Of a stretch of DNA of 64,000 bases, positions 63,066 through 64,000 are shown piece by piece. The notes beneath the pieces are model-generated. The model made no database searches. It saw nothing but the letters and a program-made list of their open reading frames with translations, and was not told where the DNA came from. The stretch is from Octopus sinensis (Eukaryota): positions 23,126,001 through 23,190,000 of the forward strand of contig NC_043015.1 of the NCBI RefSeq assembly GCF_006345805.1, in the 5' to 3' direction. Numbering within the stretch: the stretch's first letter is position 1; each line of letters begins with the position of its first letter. Position numbers and translations under genes: made by a program.

Positions 63066-64000
63066 ACTTTATAGTCTACAAAATAAAAAAAAGACAATGC
63101 GTATGCGCGAAATTAAAAGTATAGAATGGCGATAATTTATCCACCGCAGCCTGTTTACACACACGCTCATACATACACGCACAAACATATCTATCGAACA
63201 CTAAGACAGGCATTTAAACGGGCTTGGATTGACATACAGGTATGTATAAAATTATAAAATATACATGCAAAGAAATGGAACAAGTATTTTTAGTCTTGCT
63301 TAAACCATTCCAGAATTAAGTCACTGAGGATAGCCTTTCAGGGGGAAAGAACCTGCTGCTCTTCTGCAGTAATACTTGTTTTCTAACACACAAATCTTTC
63401 TGGGAATCTCTGTTACAGAATGTGGCAGTTCATATACACAATATCAATGTTATACCTACCAGTATATTTTAACCATTTCTCTTTTTTAATGACTACACAA
63501 CTTTACATTATTGATATACAGGTATATTGCTACTATTCTTTATGCTTCTTATATATATATATATATATATTTCTCTCTCGTTGTGCTAATACTATGTATA
63601 TATAATTTGATCATAACGATGTTACTAGAAATGCACAGTTGATCCCAGGTATTTATGATGGATTAGTTTACGTTACTCAAAGTTAACGTATCCTTTCAAT
63701 TTACGCACACTAGGACACGTGATCTCATAGATGGAATTAGAAAACCAATGAATCAGACTGCTTGAGCAGTACATCTGAATTTGTTTTCATGTTATAAATC
63801 AACAGCATATATTGCACAAAATTTACCAGAAACTGGAAAATTCCTATAATGCATAATTCCTCTGCTCTCTTCCTTTCGCTCTCCCTCCCCTTCTTTCTGT
63901 AGATATGACTGGCTATATATATATAGATATATAAAGTTAATCCAAGCATGAAAGCACAAAAAAAAACACAACAACGCGAGGGCGTGGAACAAATATAGTA

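Overview
AT-rich, repeat-saturated animal genomic DNA; the SINE, LINE and mariner families look like those of Octopus (cephalopod), which is an inference from repeat recognition. No host gene can be called confidently; only a few weak exon candidates. Contents: a Penelope GIY-YIG remnant, several Tc1/mariner relics, at least five tRNA-derived SINE types, and many microsatellites. Three apparently target-specific non-LTR systems stand out. (1) R4/Dong elements sit in (AAT)n tracts (14.7-16.9 kb and a cluster at 54.8-58.9 kb). (2) Two Tx1/L1-clade copies sit in tandem in a (TCTA)n tract (26.1-31.2 kb). (3) Most notably, two diverged ~2 kb ORF1-only (HAL1-like) Tx1-type elements lie head-to-tail at one site inside the tRNA-derived head of a SINE, separated and bounded by three copies of a 14-bp target motif (46.3-50.5 kb). 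A SINE whose tail carries a Penelope-type hammerhead ribozyme motif is split by a Dong insertion. All coding remnants are disrupted.
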